Source: Bigelowiella natans CCMP2755
Lineage: Eukaryota > Protista > Cercozoa
NCBI GenBank assembly: GCA_000320545.1
Contig: ADNK01000614.1
Coordinates: forward strand, 62,001-126,000
Length of the DNA: 64,000 nucleotides
Direction: 5' to 3'
In this document: positions 26,934 to 40,908 of the stretch, piece by piece
How the letters are laid out: each line of letters opens with the position of its first letter
Position numbering within the stretch: the first letter of the stretch is position 1
Program-made: the position numbers and the translations under genes
Notes under the pieces: model-generated
The model's database searches: none
Seen by the model: only the letters and a program-made list of their open reading frames with translations
What the model was told of the DNA's origin: nothing

Positions 26934-28774
26934 CCATGGAAATGAATGTGTTCAATAGCAATACACCCAGCAGGTGCAAAACAAACACACCAACCTTATT
27001 GTCACGTTAATTAGATACAGAATCGCAAGTCGATTCTAGCTGCGAATCTTGAGCAAGATAAGAAGGGGATGCCAGATGAAGAGAGGAGAGATCAGGAGAA
27101 GTCCTCTCCTTCCTCACAGAACCCCTCTCCTAGTCGTCAAAACGCTGCTGCTGCTGCTGCTGCTGCTTCACAGCCGATCGAATTTGAAGCTACGCCTATG
27201 AAACCACTTCCCCTCTCGCCAAATGGGACCATTGTCGCGCCCACAGAGGAGAAGGGGGGCACAACGGAGCGTCCGCGGGGAGGAGCTGTGGAACGAGGAC
27301 AGGGTGATCACTTGGTCGCTGGGCGTGCGAACACGGCAGGAGCACTTGATAAGACCAGCCTGGTTAATAACGGGAACAACAACTTAGAGGCGGTGAAGAG
27401 GGAGGTGCAAAAGGCAGTATCGGCTATAAACGACGGTAAAGAGGCACAGACACGTGAGATGCTTGACTTGATGAAGGCGCAGCTGAAGCACGTCAACGCG
27501 GAGCTGGAAGACAGGCGATTGATGAGTCAGGAGAAAGAGCGGCTGGAGGAGGCCATTCGACAGGTGCAGGTAGAGGAAGAGATGGCGCAGGCTGCTAGGA
27601 ACAAGGACTATGCTAAGGCACTTCTGCTTCAATCGCAGCTGCTCAAGAATCTCACAATCAACGCCACAGCGACGGCCACGGCTATCAGCAATACTTTCAT
27701 CACTACATCTCCAAATGGCACGGTGACAACCGCGGTAACGACGGGAGGCAGCATCTCGCAGCAGCAGCAGCAGCTGCAGCAGTTCCCTTCTTCACCCGTT
27801 AACCTAAATGACACAAATACGGCTGCGACGCGAAATGGTAGCAGCGAAGCTGCTCTGAACAACACTAATATGGCTGCCGCGATACCCTCCTCCTTATATC
27901 CTCCGACAAACACCAGCAACAGCAGCAGCAGCATCATCCCAACCGCAAGCACTCCTAGTAATACATCCTCCCTCCTCTTCAACACAGGCGACACTTCCTC
28001 ACCCACAAGCCTCCCCACGCCGGGGGGGCCGCAGATGAAGAAGACCCTTGCTCCATTTCGTATCTTCCCCTTCACAACCGCTCATCCAAGCGCTTCGTCT
28101 CCGTTCCTGAAAAGCGACACTAACCCCACACCTAAAGAACCAAGTCTCTCCGGTACATCAGCGCCCTCTTCTGCCTCCCCTTTATCATCATCATCATCAT
28201 CATCATTAGGAGCAACGCAGTCGCCATCCAGCGTGGAAAGCAGCAATAGCAGCCCTTTGAAAGAGACGCCGTCCACCTCCAAGTCCCTCCCTAATAACAA
28301 CACGGCTAGTCCCAGTGACACTACTGTCGGCAACCACGACAATAGCACCAACAACGGCAGCTCAGCACCGCTTCTGTCTCCGAAGAAACAAAAAAGCAAC
28401 AACGGAAGCGATGGCTCCTTCCTTTCCGCGGATGAGCGACGTAGGCATCCCGGTTGCGCAGCGGTGCCAGAGCGCCCCGAGACGTTGGAACGAGAGATCA
28501 AAGCAATCGAGGCCTCCCTCAAAAGCCTTGCCGACGATCCTCCTAAAGATGATGATGAGAAGCAGGAGAAAAAACAGCATGCCCGTGCGCTACGGAAGAG
28601 ACTAAAACGGCTGCAGGAGATCCTTCCGTTGTCCCGCGCTTGTCTTGCTCTGGCAGAGCTTCGCACCAAAGACTTCGTAGCTGCAGAACGCAACCTAAAC
28701 CTTCAGTACAATGCGCTCAAGGCTACACTGCGAGAGCTGAGAGCACGGTAGTATCAGTTGTATTAGCCGTAGTG

Positions 28775-28808
<34 letters not shown>

Positions 28809-29245
28809 GAGGAGGAGGTGGAGGAGGAGGAGGAGAGGAGAGAGTAGGGTAGTAGCAGTAAATGTGGATCGTGTTGGTGCGGACTATAATAGCGCGCTCT
28901 ATCCAGAAGCGCAAACAGAGAATGATGACCAATGAAGATGATCTTGTTATTGTTGGCGACAACGACGATGATGGTATTGATGATGATGCAACAATATATC
29001 TCAGAACCGATCGGATGGAGGCAGCGGCGTCAGTCAAGTCAAAGTTTCGACGTGCAACGAAGGATCTTGTGAGAAGGCTAGAGGAGGAGCTCAAGGCAAG
29101 GAGGCAGCTCCGCACATTGAATAAGAACCTCCATATGCTTACCAACAGAATCGAGCTCCTCCGCTCTCAACGGGCTCTTGCACACAAGACATCACTTGAA
29201 TTAAGAATTCTGGGGACATTGAATGATACAAGCAAGAAAAACGAG

Positions 29246-29292
<47 letters not shown>

Positions 29293-30496
29293 CAGAGAGA
29301 GAGAGGGGGGGGGGGGGGGGGGGAACAACAACGAGCGATGTTATGCGACATGATGTTGGTGGTCGTCTCGTATGCGGCAAATACTCTCGTTGTTTGTTGC
29401 TCTTGCTGTTTTCCCTTGCAATTTTCTGCCGGTCGGCGCGTTTTGATAGAAGTCGTCCTGACGAGTATCAACACTTATACTGACGAGTAGTAACACTTAT
29501 ATGATGACCAAGGCGCCTGTTTCGGAGGTATCCGCATTGCTCTCTCCCCTTTCCTCGCCGCTGAAGATCTCCTTTGGCCTGAGTAAGGAGGAGCGAGAGA
29601 GCCGTAAGTCATTGGGGCAGCAGCTAGAGCGCCTCACAATCGAAGCGGGCAAACTCAGAGGCAAAATTAGCAAGGCCCACCAGCAGCAGCAGCAGCAACA
29701 ACAAGCGGGAGCGTCGTCGTCGGAGGCGTCGACGAAATGCTGTGAAAGGAGGCAGCAGCACTCGAAAGCATTTACTAGAGCTGGGAACTTGGGCAGCAGC
29801 GAAAGGCCCCCCCTAATCATCAACGCCAACGAAGCTGCCCGCAGTGCGAAGAAGAACGGCAAGAGGCAGCGAGTTTCAGAGAAGGAAATGATGACGATGA
29901 TGATGGAGACGAGTGCGTCACCCAGATTCAGGAGTGCCTTACACAAAAAGGAGGCCGAGTCGGCAGCAACAGCTTCTTTTTCTTCTTCTTCTTCTAAGAC
30001 TACCTCTACCCTTGCAATGGATACCTTCTCTTCCTCCTCCTCCTCCTCATCATCATCGTTTGTATCATTATCATCTTCATCGTTGTCGTCTCACCTCCTG
30101 GCTTTGGAACAGCAGCGTGCGTACGAATCGCAGTCATTTTTGGACGATAGGATAGACCTTCTCCGTGAGCGGCAAGAGGGGATCCACGATGCACTGGTGG
30201 CTATTATGAACAAATACGGCCTGTCGCGACCGAGCCAGCAACAAGTGGAAACTTTAGACGAAGAAGAGGACGAGTTGGAGAGACGTATGACCGAAGCCTT
30301 GGTATCGAAGAAGAGGGCAGAGGTAGATCTTGAGGAGGCGGAGGAGGAGCTCAATTCACTTCTCCTTTCCTTTAAGGTAGTAGAGCTAGCAGCAGTTGTG
30401 GTGGTAGTAGTAAAAGTAGTAGTAGTGGTAGTGGTAGTTGTGCCGATGAGAGGCAAGTGTCATACACCACTCGTGTGGTAATTAAGATGGGTGTTC

Positions 30497-30577
<81 letters not shown>

Positions 30578-31167
30578 TGCACCGCCAGATGTTGTCTTCG
30601 TCGCCATCGCTTTCCCGTCGTCTTTGTATGTGAAGTGTCCACTTACATGCCGTCTATGTCAGCAACACGCATGAGTAACCATTATCGTCTTATCGACATC
30701 ATCATCGTCATCATAATCGTCACCATCATGTATTACTGGATACTACTTCAGCGGCGCAAAAATAAGGGCTGGGACAGCCGGGAACTTGACGAAGAACCCT
30801 CCTCTTCCTCGGTCATCGCCGGACACAACATCAAGCAACTCGAGCAGGAGCTGCGCCAACTGACAGAATCCGTTGAAAGGAAAAGAATGGCGCTGAAGAA
30901 CATGGAGGCCAAGCACAACGACCTCGCAAGAAAAAGTAACCGGCTCTCCGCTAAGATAACGGATGTGATGCGAAGAGAGATTCCCGCAGCGAAGAGGAAG
31001 GCCAAGGTGTATGAGGCTGACCTGAGAGTAGAACAACACAAGCTGAAGCACCACCTCGACCGCGACCGATCCAAACGGTAACATGATGACAGTTATATAT
31101 TATATTGCATGCGATGATGACGATATCGATGACAGTGAGAACCTCGAAGCTGCTTGTGTAGATGATG

Positions 31168-31208
<41 letters not shown>

Positions 31209-31997
31209 CGTGAGTTAGTGAATGGTGGCTGGGTATGCGGATCCCTTCAGCTATCCATCCTCATTGCTAGCATTCATCATCATCATCATCATCATCATCG
31301 CCATGACCATTGTCATCAACATCACCATGTCGCCAGGGTGGAGTACTTTCTCGTGAAACAGCGCCAACTTCGAGTTTCGATCGCGCGCGAGCAGGCGCTT
31401 GTGGAGGCCGACGTGGCCCGGTTCAAAGCCTCCACGGAGAACGCCACGATAGCTGCAGGCCTCGCCAGCGAGCAGGTAAACCACCTGCGCGCGCTCAGGC
31501 CTACGAAGACAGCAGATCTGAAGCACAAGTGGATGAGTCTCAACGAGGCGCTCCAGAGGCAGTCGGACTCTAAGAAGGAAGCTGAGGAGAGCAACTCGCT
31601 GCTGCGCAAGGCCACAGAGGAGCTCATCGCAGTGAAAGAGCGTCGCATCGACGTCGAGCGTATAATCAAGGAGATTGAGAAGGACCAGCACAAGACTGAG
31701 GTGAGAAAGCAGAGGGTTCGCAGCAGGACTGACGAGGCCAAGAAAGCTGAGAAGGAGGTCAGTGCGCTCGAGGCTTTGCTAAGAGACAATGAGAAGGAAA
31801 AGACGATAGCTCAAGGCCAAATTGAAGCGATGATTCAGCCCCTAAGTGAACTCAGGGAGCAGCTTAAACGCACAGGTAGTACGTGAAGAAGGAAAGGATA
31901 GAAAGAAAGCGACCAGTCAAACGAGATGAACAGGCGGGGAGAACTCGATGAATGTTTGATTGCTGTAGTGGTGGTGATTAGGATAGCAGATATTATG

Positions 31998-32033
<36 letters not shown>

Positions 32034-33699
32034 CTCCAATGCGCTCTAATACCCTCCTCCCTTCCCCCCTTCCCCTCCCCTTACTTGCTGACCCCCAGAG
32101 GCCAAAGTCACAAATCTGTCCTCTCGGCTTGATGAAGAGCGGCGAGAGGCCATTGTCCGCCTGGAGCTCAAGATAAAGGGAGCGAAGGACGGGCAGCACG
32201 ACCGGCAAAAAGCCCTCAGAAACGTGCAAGTCCACATCGGAACGCTTCAATCGATGATGGGGAATCTCGCTGCAAAGCATCATGCGCTCATGACCAGCGT
32301 CGCTGCACAACTCAGGGCGAAGGGGAGACGCGGCGCGGCGGATGAAGTAGAGGCGCTCCAGCAGAAGATGAACGCTGTTACAGAGCTGCAGCGCGACTGC
32401 GCGAGCGAAAAGGCAAGGATAGCGGGAGAGGTCGACTCGCTCGAAAGAAGGAGGAGGAAAGAGAACTTTAATGCCGCTACTGGGTTTCTGAATGGTAGCC
32501 TCGCTTCTACTCCTCAACTAGGGGGGGGGGGGGCTCTCTTCGATGGTGATGCTAGTAACGGGACAGACAATAGCAGCAGGCCTAGGAGAGGGGCCTCCTC
32601 CCAAAAGTACTTCAGCTTAGCGGCTGGAGACAACGAAACAAGTCTGCTCACAGCGCTACAGCTGGAAGATCTCAACGCTCGAATCGATCGCGTCGAGCTC
32701 CAAATGAAGAGCTTGGACTCCAAGAAGTGCTTAAGAAGGCAATTGAAGAGGGCAGTTGAGGAAGCTGTCGGAACTGACGTCATCCAACAGGGTGATGATG
32801 AGGGAGATAATGCAACCAGGAGCTGCACCGAGGAGGAACCGAGGAAGAAAAGCAAGACGAGGACGACACCGACTGGAGACCGTGTAATTGTTATTGACGA
32901 GACGGCACTGCTTCCTTTGAAGAAGCGAGAGGGAAAGCTACAGGAGGAGATAAATGTCCTAGAGAAAAGAGTGATCCCTCTCCAGAGAACACGGAACGCA
33001 ACCGAGAAAAATGCTGCAGAGGCAGCACGGAGGACAGCAAATTCCAGGCAGATCGTGCAGGAGGTATGCAATTATATGGATATATGCATGTAAGCAGGCC
33101 TGGCGAAATGATACGATAAATTCTCTACTGCAGCTGTATTCCAACTTCATTTATCATCACAATCGTCATTATCATTATAAGTACTATCTACCCCCCTCCC
33201 CCCCTCCCCCTAAATGTAAAACATTATAAAACTTATCTCTTACCATTCCCTCTCTATCCCATGAACACTTACTTCCAACCAGAGCGCCGCCAAGGGCAAA
33301 CTAGTCTCTGCTTTAGAAGAGAAGGCGAATGCAATTCGCGACAAGTTGCGCTCGGTGCAAGAGAAAATCAAGGCCATTAGGAAGCGCAAGATTGATGTGG
33401 AGGAGAGGGTAAGAAAGGGCGAGGCCGAGGACGCAGAGCAGCAGAAGAAAGATGAGAAGATGTTGCGCGATGAGCTTTCTGGAAGTGTCGACGACGCACC
33501 TCCTGATTTGATTATTAGCACCGAGAGTGACATTAGGAACAGGGACAAGGGCAACCAGTCATCGTCGTCCTCCCCCCCCCCTTGTGCTCCAAACTGCGGG
33601 GATGGCAAGCTCGTCGGTAGTACGTAGCAGAGTGTGTTTACAGTAGTGAGTGAAGATTATGCGACGAATGATAGTACTATAGAATCTCTAGTAGGATGC

Positions 33700-33730
<31 letters not shown>

Positions 33731-34985
33731 TATCATGATTACACCAAATACACTGGCTTACTCGCCCTTTCCATGATCTTCCTACAGACGGCGACCACCT
33801 TGCTGGAGATGTGGAAGTGCTTGAAGATGATCTAAGACAACAGAGCGGGGCGAGGAGAAGTCGAAGAAACTGCAGAGAGCTCGGATGGACCGTGAGCGCC
33901 TTTGACCGCACGTAAGCATACAACGCTACACATGCTCTTCTCTCCCATTTAGCCCCTATATTAATGTCAGTGGCGCCGGTGTTGCACCTCGATAGTTTTG
34001 CGACTATCGTTGGAGTTTCAATGTCAACATCATGATTTGTCGTCGTGGTCGTCATGGTCGTCGTCATCATCGCCCCACAATCCGCATCATGCCGACCAGA
34101 ATATAACGCCGGGCTGTTGTCCTCAACTCCTCTATCACTTTTTTTTCATTCGTAGAATCTGCGGGCACAGCGAGATCAAAACCGGCGGGGTGTGTTCCGG
34201 AAAAGTGACGTTTGTGAAAGCAAAGGGCGCGTGCGAGGCCTTGGGCGCACGACTCTGCACTGTCACGGAGCTTGAACGGGATGCCACCCGAGGTACGGGT
34301 TGCGGCTATGATGAGGAGCCGACGTGGAGCGCATCTAGCTGCAACAGCGGTAAAGGCCACTGGACCAGGAAAGGTGCGACCGACTTCGAAGACGTCGGCC
34401 TCAGGTAGTTGCTTGTGCTATCGTTATCGTTGTCGTCGTCGTTATCTTGTAGTCGTAATGCCTCCCGATGTTTTTAAAAAGAGCGGCTGTGTGAGCCTGG
34501 CATTGGTTGATAGTTATTTTTGTGCTAGAATCTTCCAGGTGTCATGCGTCGTGCTGATGCAAGATTAGCCACCATGTCTTGCAGTGTCTTCGCAATGTTG
34601 TTTGATACGACTTCGACTTTCAGAACGGATATGTTTCGTGTTCTTAATGCGTCATTATTGACATTCTCGTGTATTTACCACCATCTGTAGAACGTGCTCC
34701 CACGACAACCAGGCCCTCATGGTAGCGCGGTGCTGCGCAGACGTGCATGGTACTTCTACCAGTGTAATCCCAGAGAGGTCAACCCTGAGGGATTCATTAG
34801 ACGACAAAGGTACAGTTGTGGTTCGAAGCGATACAGCGAGTGATCAATACAAGGAGGAGATAAGGAAGCTCACTGAAGAAGAGTTGAAGAAGATGTTCAT
34901 TCCACAGCCCCCCTGCCAAAAAGGAAGAAATGAAGGAGAGGGAGCCAACGAAGGAGAGCCGTGTGAATCGCTAACAATTGAGTAA
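26181..34985 (+). CDS. Very large (~2000 aa) putatively secreted protein: granulin-like Cys module, S/T-rich region, long coiled coil, C-terminal Cys-rich lectin-like module
   Basis: About 13 GT-AG exons in consistent frame. Signal MIRNVLFLIVSSLSMTRCLG; TCCGGLSCPHDGATCCKSSLTCCPPGWRCGKSGKSC; E/K/R/L heptad-rich exons 28480-33480; CRELGW..CGHSE..CSG..ACEALGARLCTVTEL..GTGCGYD..WS..C..RCCAD. Confidence 0.75.
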
Positions 34986-35519
34986 CAAACCATGGCATTA
35001 GTTATGTATGTACAGAATTGCACTACATAGGCAGTAGCACTCTGTGCGCCATGCGATATATTTCACCCGTACAATAAAATGATACAACACAGGCCCTATG
35101 ACGCATGGACATGTGAATCGTGCGCCATACACAGGGTAACCATGTGCACTTTTTTGGATGTACTTTGTTTACAGACGGCGCATGCGCTTCGCCGATGTAT
35201 TGTAGCTGCAATACGCGATGTGCGAGAGCTGTTACAAAGCCATACCCATCATAGCAGTATAGCACGCAAGGAATCAAATGCATGCATATTTTTATATAAG
35301 CCTAGCCTGCACGCATGCAAATGACTTAAGTATGAAACAAGTTGCGTGTAGCTAGCCTATGCGCAAAATGACACTGCATAGTTGTTCAATCTAAACTAAT
35401 TGGCATTGTGATCGGCAGCATCATTACTTCCTGCATATTATATCGACAACATAAACCATCCGCCTCCCTCGCTCTGCAGAGTAGCAGTGGTAAGTGACGA
35501 TTACCACCGCTCATCGTTA

Positions 35520-36266
35520 TCATGTATTGGATGATATATCGGCTATGTCGGCGTCCTCTTCCTCTCCTGAGCTATCTCCCTCCTCCACCGATATTATTTC
35601 TACTTGATCCATTCCACTCGCATCGAATTTCGCTGTAGAGTTCATAGCTTCATCGTATTTTCGCACCGCCATTTTGAGTTGTTTGTGAAGGGACACGGCA
35701 GCAGCGTTTTCTGGTGCTAGCTGGATCATCTGGCGAGCATCTTTTAGAGCGGCATGGAGTTTCCCCTGATTCTTCCTCGCGACAACTCTTCTGTGCAGAG
35801 CTTTCAAGAATCTCGGATTGTTTTTCAAGGCTCGCGTAAAATCTGCTTCAGCCTTTGCATATCGGTGAAGTTTGAGGAGAGCCATTCCACGGTTGCTGAA
35901 TGCAATCTCACTTTTTGGTTTTAAAAGTGTGAGGCGTGTGTAACACACGGCCGCCTCCTCATAGCAGCCGTCAGTGTAGTATTTGTTTCCTATTTTTTTC
36001 ACTTCTTCAAAGGGTTGATCTCCTCTTGCTTTTAATTCAGGAACCTTTGAGGCAGCTTCCGAGTCATGCGCCAAGGCTGCAGGAGAACTTTTTGGCTTCA
36101 CAGGAGCCGACCTTTCCTTAGTAAGCTTGAGCTTTCCTGACTCAAGTTTCTTGTCCCTCGATGTAATATCCTTTTCCCACTCCCTCAAATCATTGAAATA
36201 CTGACCAACCTCTCTCGAATTTGCTCTAATTTGAGCCTGGATGGCTGTGGCGGGGTTTGGCTTCAT
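35520..36266 (-). CDS. RPAP3/SPAG1-like TPR co-chaperone (short form, single TPR triad), intronless
   Basis: The N-terminus IQAQIRANSREVGQYFNDLREWEKDI resembles RPAP3 (QNAEELQDFMRDLENWEKDI). Carboxylate-clamp TPR residues: KKIGN, SNRGMALLK, KALHRR. Confidence 0.8.
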   Translation of the reverse strand: MKPNPATAIQAQIRANSREVGQYFNDLREWEKDITSRDKKLESGKLKLTKERSAPVKPKSSPAALAHDSEAASKVPELKARGDQPFEEVKKIGNKYYTDGCYEEAAVCYTRLTLLKPKSEIAFSNRGMALLKLHRYAKAEADFTRALKNNPRFLKALHRRVVARKNQGKLHAALKDARQMIQLAPENAAAVSLHKQLKMAVRKYDEAMNSTAKFDASGMDQVEIISVEEGDSSGEEEDADIADISSNT

Positions 36267-38062
36267 TGCAGCCCCTCTGTGGTACGACAGAGGGAAATTT
36301 AGCAAAAGAGAAAATAGAATGCGAGTATATATAATTCTTACTCAAACAGCATTACAAGATTGTATTTGCAATTAAATCTCAGGCTATTTCGTGAACAACT
36401 GAAGTAAGACTGCAATAAGAGTGGGTTGATCGTGCAAAATTTACATGTAGGCTGCAGGGGGCCGGCTTCGGGTTCACAGAATCCTTTCGAGATTGAAGCA
36501 GAATATCCAGAGAATCTCGGATTCTCGACGAAACAGTATGGATATCTCGTACGTCGTAAGAGAAAATTGCCTTCCTCGATACTTTTTTTGGGATGAAAGC
36601 GTTTCATTCGGATTTGGGCTGCGTAGACCTACCGCAGACGGTAAATCTAGGAAGTTTTATCATAGAACCTTCACTTCTCCGGACCAGTATTTTCCCAATT
36701 ATTATCCTACATCATTCAAGAGCACTGCCGCTGGCAAAATCCTGTTCCATGCAAATCTACCAGCTCACAGAAGAAAAATTTAGCTGTTTTCAACTAAATA
36801 ATTCTCCATGCTGTTCGGCTATGGCCCACTACCAGGGCTTCTAGTACCAACAACCCTGTTACATCTCATAGGTCTATTTTGGGACGATGAATCATTATCC
36901 TGCGCCAGAAATTGTAGAAAACAACGATGATATGATGAATTCCATCAAGTGAAAGACAACATCCGTGGGTGAAACCGTGTCCAGAAGACATCATCATTTT
37001 TGAGATGAATGTTCTACCACCCAGTTCGTATGGATAAATCATATCCCTTGTAATTAGACTTATATTTGACTCTGAGGAAGAATTTAGAAGTTAAGGAGTT
37101 CCCTTTCGATACATAATATAAAAAATATTCACTTCATTTATGGAGAAAAATACCAGCAGTCATACTTGATGAGAACATCATAATAATGTACCATTTTATT
37201 AACGTAAATTTGTACACCGACATGGATATACACTACAATTTTAGAAAGAATTGATGAGGTTCTTCAATGTATTGTAGTAGAAGTGAATTCTGAATAGTTT
37301 TAAAATTTTAGCAACACGAACATCCCCCAATTAATAAGCATTTCGTGTACATAATATCCCACATTAGGATTATATGCCAATATTTTTAATAAAGCGACAT
37401 ATTATATTTCTTCAAATTAAGCAAAAAACGAAATAATTAACAGCTTTAGTTTACATGTTTTTCAATTTGCTGCTGAAATATTTTTCAGTGTGTGTCTGCA
37501 GCAAACAAGAAATATTTATATCCGCGATCGAGCTAAGTGCAGCTGCTATGTTGCAAGGGAATGCCTTGATGTCGCACGTTGAAAACACGTTGGAGTTCAG
37601 GTCTAAATGGACAAAATTCAGAAGCAAAAATTATGTCATAGAAAGTACATTTCTCTCAAAGGAATCTTAGCATGTAATAAGACATCAAATTCATGTGTAC
37701 TTTGAGATAAAATAGATCCTCATGGATTTCATGTGTCTTGCTACGATCTGAATCTCTAGCAGTGTCTGAGTAAATTTCGGTCTAAACAGTGACTGGCACG
37801 GGAAATCGTCTGAATAAAATGGCCTAGTAGTGAGTACATGAGACAATTGTCATCGTCCCATAAGCAAACTAAAACCAAGGAGTATTGAGCAATTGTTGAT
37901 TGCGAGACTAAGCGTTTAAAGTTTAACACTATCTTGAATGCCCCTCACCCCCCCTTCAAGTGCTGAAGAATCATCAGTTGGAGGACTACCCAACCTTTTC
38001 CATCTTTTATCTTCCTACGTCTCTCATCACTTCTTCTGAGATACTTTCACGACTCCGTCTAA

Positions 38063-38935
38063 ATGGACGGGAAGGTTCTCCTTTTGGAGGGTTCGGATGA
38101 GGGGCGAGGGAAAGATAGCGTTTTGCGAACCCTGTATCTGTTTATGTAGTGATCAATTGGCATGGATACAACTTCTGTTAGAATATATTTGTAAATATTA
38201 AAGAGGATGGGAGGAAATGTGATATCTGTTGTGCAGACCCGCTCGATTCTAAATTATGATAGATTACTTACAGCCTTAAAATAATTTCAGGATCAGAAGC
38301 CAGCAGCACCTGAAGAGGCTGCGAATCCCCAGCCGGTTCAAAAAAGCTTATCAAACTAACAATATTTTACGTGTATATCATAGAGATGGTGATTACCAAC
38401 GTTGATTATCAATCTCCTTTTCTGTCGTAGGGAGGTAGCGTGAAGAAGGAAGCCGTTACTCAGGCTTCCACCGTCAACCCGCCAGCACCAGGGGCAAAGG
38501 CGGGGCCTGCAGCACCTGCTGTTACGAAAGTCGAGCAGCCAAATGTACCTTCAAAGGAATCAAAAGCAGCAGCCCCGAATTCAACCCCCGTCGCAGCAGC
38601 AGCAGCAGCAGCAAACCCTACCCCTGCCCCTGCCCCTACCCCTGCCCCAGCACCAGCACCAGCACCAGCGTCAGCATCCGCACCTGCAGCCACACCCACA
38701 TCCGTATCCACAGCCACACCCGCATCCGTACCAACATCAACACCAGCAGCACCAGCACAAGTAACATCATCATCACCACAACCATCAACTTCGCAACCAG
38801 CAGGAGTGCCTCTCACAAAAGCAACCGCTGCTCCTGCACAAACAGGGCCCCCACCACCCAAAGAGCAGCAGATGCCCACCGACCAGAAAAGTACAGCAAA
38901 TCCACCACCATCATCAGCAAAAATCTCTCCTCCTC

Positions 38936-38967
<32 letters not shown>

Positions 38968-39479
38968 TCACAATCGACTACTGCGCCTGTACCTGTTCCG
39001 ATGCCCCAACCACCCGTTGGGAAACAGCAGCAGCAGCAGCCTCCACCAGCGACCAACACGCGCAGACAACAGCAACCTCCACAGGCATCCGTCCCTCTTA
39101 CTGCGCAGCAACAACAACAAAAACAGCACGGCTACAATTACAACGGTAGTACGCAGACTCCTCTTCAATACGGGTCAAATCAGCAGCAAGCCATGTATCG
39201 TGGGGCACGACAACAGCAGCAGCAGGTGATAGGACAGCATCAGCAGCAACCACCCATGGGGGGCGGTAGGGCACCACAACAGCAGCAGCAACCGCAGGGA
39301 CGGATACCTGTTGGTCAACCAATGAGTAGTGGAGGAATGAACACACAAACCACAGGAGGACAGCAGCTGCAGCAGCAATCACAAATGGCAGCAGCGAGGC
39401 AACAACCAGATCAAAAAAATAGATTGGCGGCACAGTACAACGTAGGAGCAAGAACGAATAACCCGCAACAGTCGACGAT

Positions 39480-39510
<31 letters not shown>

Positions 39511-39849
39511 GGGCAAAAAAATAAACAGGAGACAATTTCAAGGCTTGTCGCGCAGCTGCAGCAAGTATGATGTGGTTTTTATTTTTAGATAAGCATACAT
39601 TACTTGCCGAAATAAGTGCTACAAATGAAACTTTTTGTCGACAAATAAGTCACACAATTCTTTTTTTCTAAGATTATTCCAACTCCTTAAAATTATTTTG
39701 AGATTATTCTAACTTCTTACAACTATGCTGCAGGTGAAAGCCCTCCAAGCAAAACTGCAGACAATAGCACAGAAAAAGGTGTGGGCTCTACTTTATTCCT
39801 TTTCCGCTATGATCATATCCTCCGTCGTTCCTTCCATCCCTTCCGCATT

Positions 39850-39900
<51 letters not shown>

Positions 39901-40443
39901 TTCGAAAATCTCCTGGACTCGCCTAGCGCATCGCACTTGGTTCGCATTCATTCACATTCATATGGCGCTACTACTACTACTACTAGGGACAATCGAGTGT
40001 GAATCAGGAGATGCTTCGAAAGCAGGACATGATGATAGCCACCCTGAGCCGCCACATAGCTCAGCTTCAGGGACAATCATCATCTGCAACATCGTCATCA
40101 CAGCAGCAGCAATTGCCGCAGCAGAACAGCTTAGACAGCAGCAGCAATAGTATGCAACAGCAGCAGCAGCAAGGTAATGGCATGATGGGGCGTGGAATGC
40201 CAGCGGGCGGTAGCATGGGGGGGGGGAGAGTAGGCGGCCGAATGATGCCCCTGCCGCAGCAGCAGCAGCAGCAGTCTCCTTATATGAGAAGGCAAGACAT
40301 GGCCGCCTCCTCCTCTGATATATTCGCCACCCCGCCGAACAAATGGAGCGAAAACCAAGTCAGGCAGTGGCTGGTCCAAGCTGGATTTGTAAGCAATGAG
40401 CTAATGATGCCCTAATTCCTCGATAACACACACACACACACAC

Positions 40444-40481
<38 letters not shown>

Positions 40482-40874
40482 AGAGAGGGGAACAACCAGT
40501 AAGACGACAACGACGATTTCATAGTCAAAGCTATCTTCCGTCTCCTCCCATCATCATCATCATCATCATCCTCATCATCATAGCACGCCCTCCCTTTTTA
40601 AGTGGTGGTTTGAGGCAGCAGCAGGACTGATAGTAGTTGATATTGGTGGTGTCCGTCGTTCAAATTGTTATTAGGGCAATCTGCAAGCCAACTTTGCTAG
40701 GAATAATGTAGACGGTATGCGTTTGATGTCTCTTTCGTACCAAGATCTTTCGGGTCCCATCGCAGTGGGCGACCAGGTGATTATTCAACAACAACGACGA
40801 CGACGACGACGACGATGGCAGTGGAGACTGTTCTCCCGCCCCTCTGAAACAACTCTGTCGCTACTGCCATTGAC

Positions 40875-40908
<34 letters not shown>

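Noticed and set aside
36880-37300. TGATGA/CTGA boxes suggesting C/D snoRNAs, or a decayed ORF, in the long AT-rich divergent spacer
   Set aside because: Box spacing and terminal stems are unconvincing, there is no recognisable rRNA guide, and no protein motif. It needs snoscan/Infernal and BLASTX.
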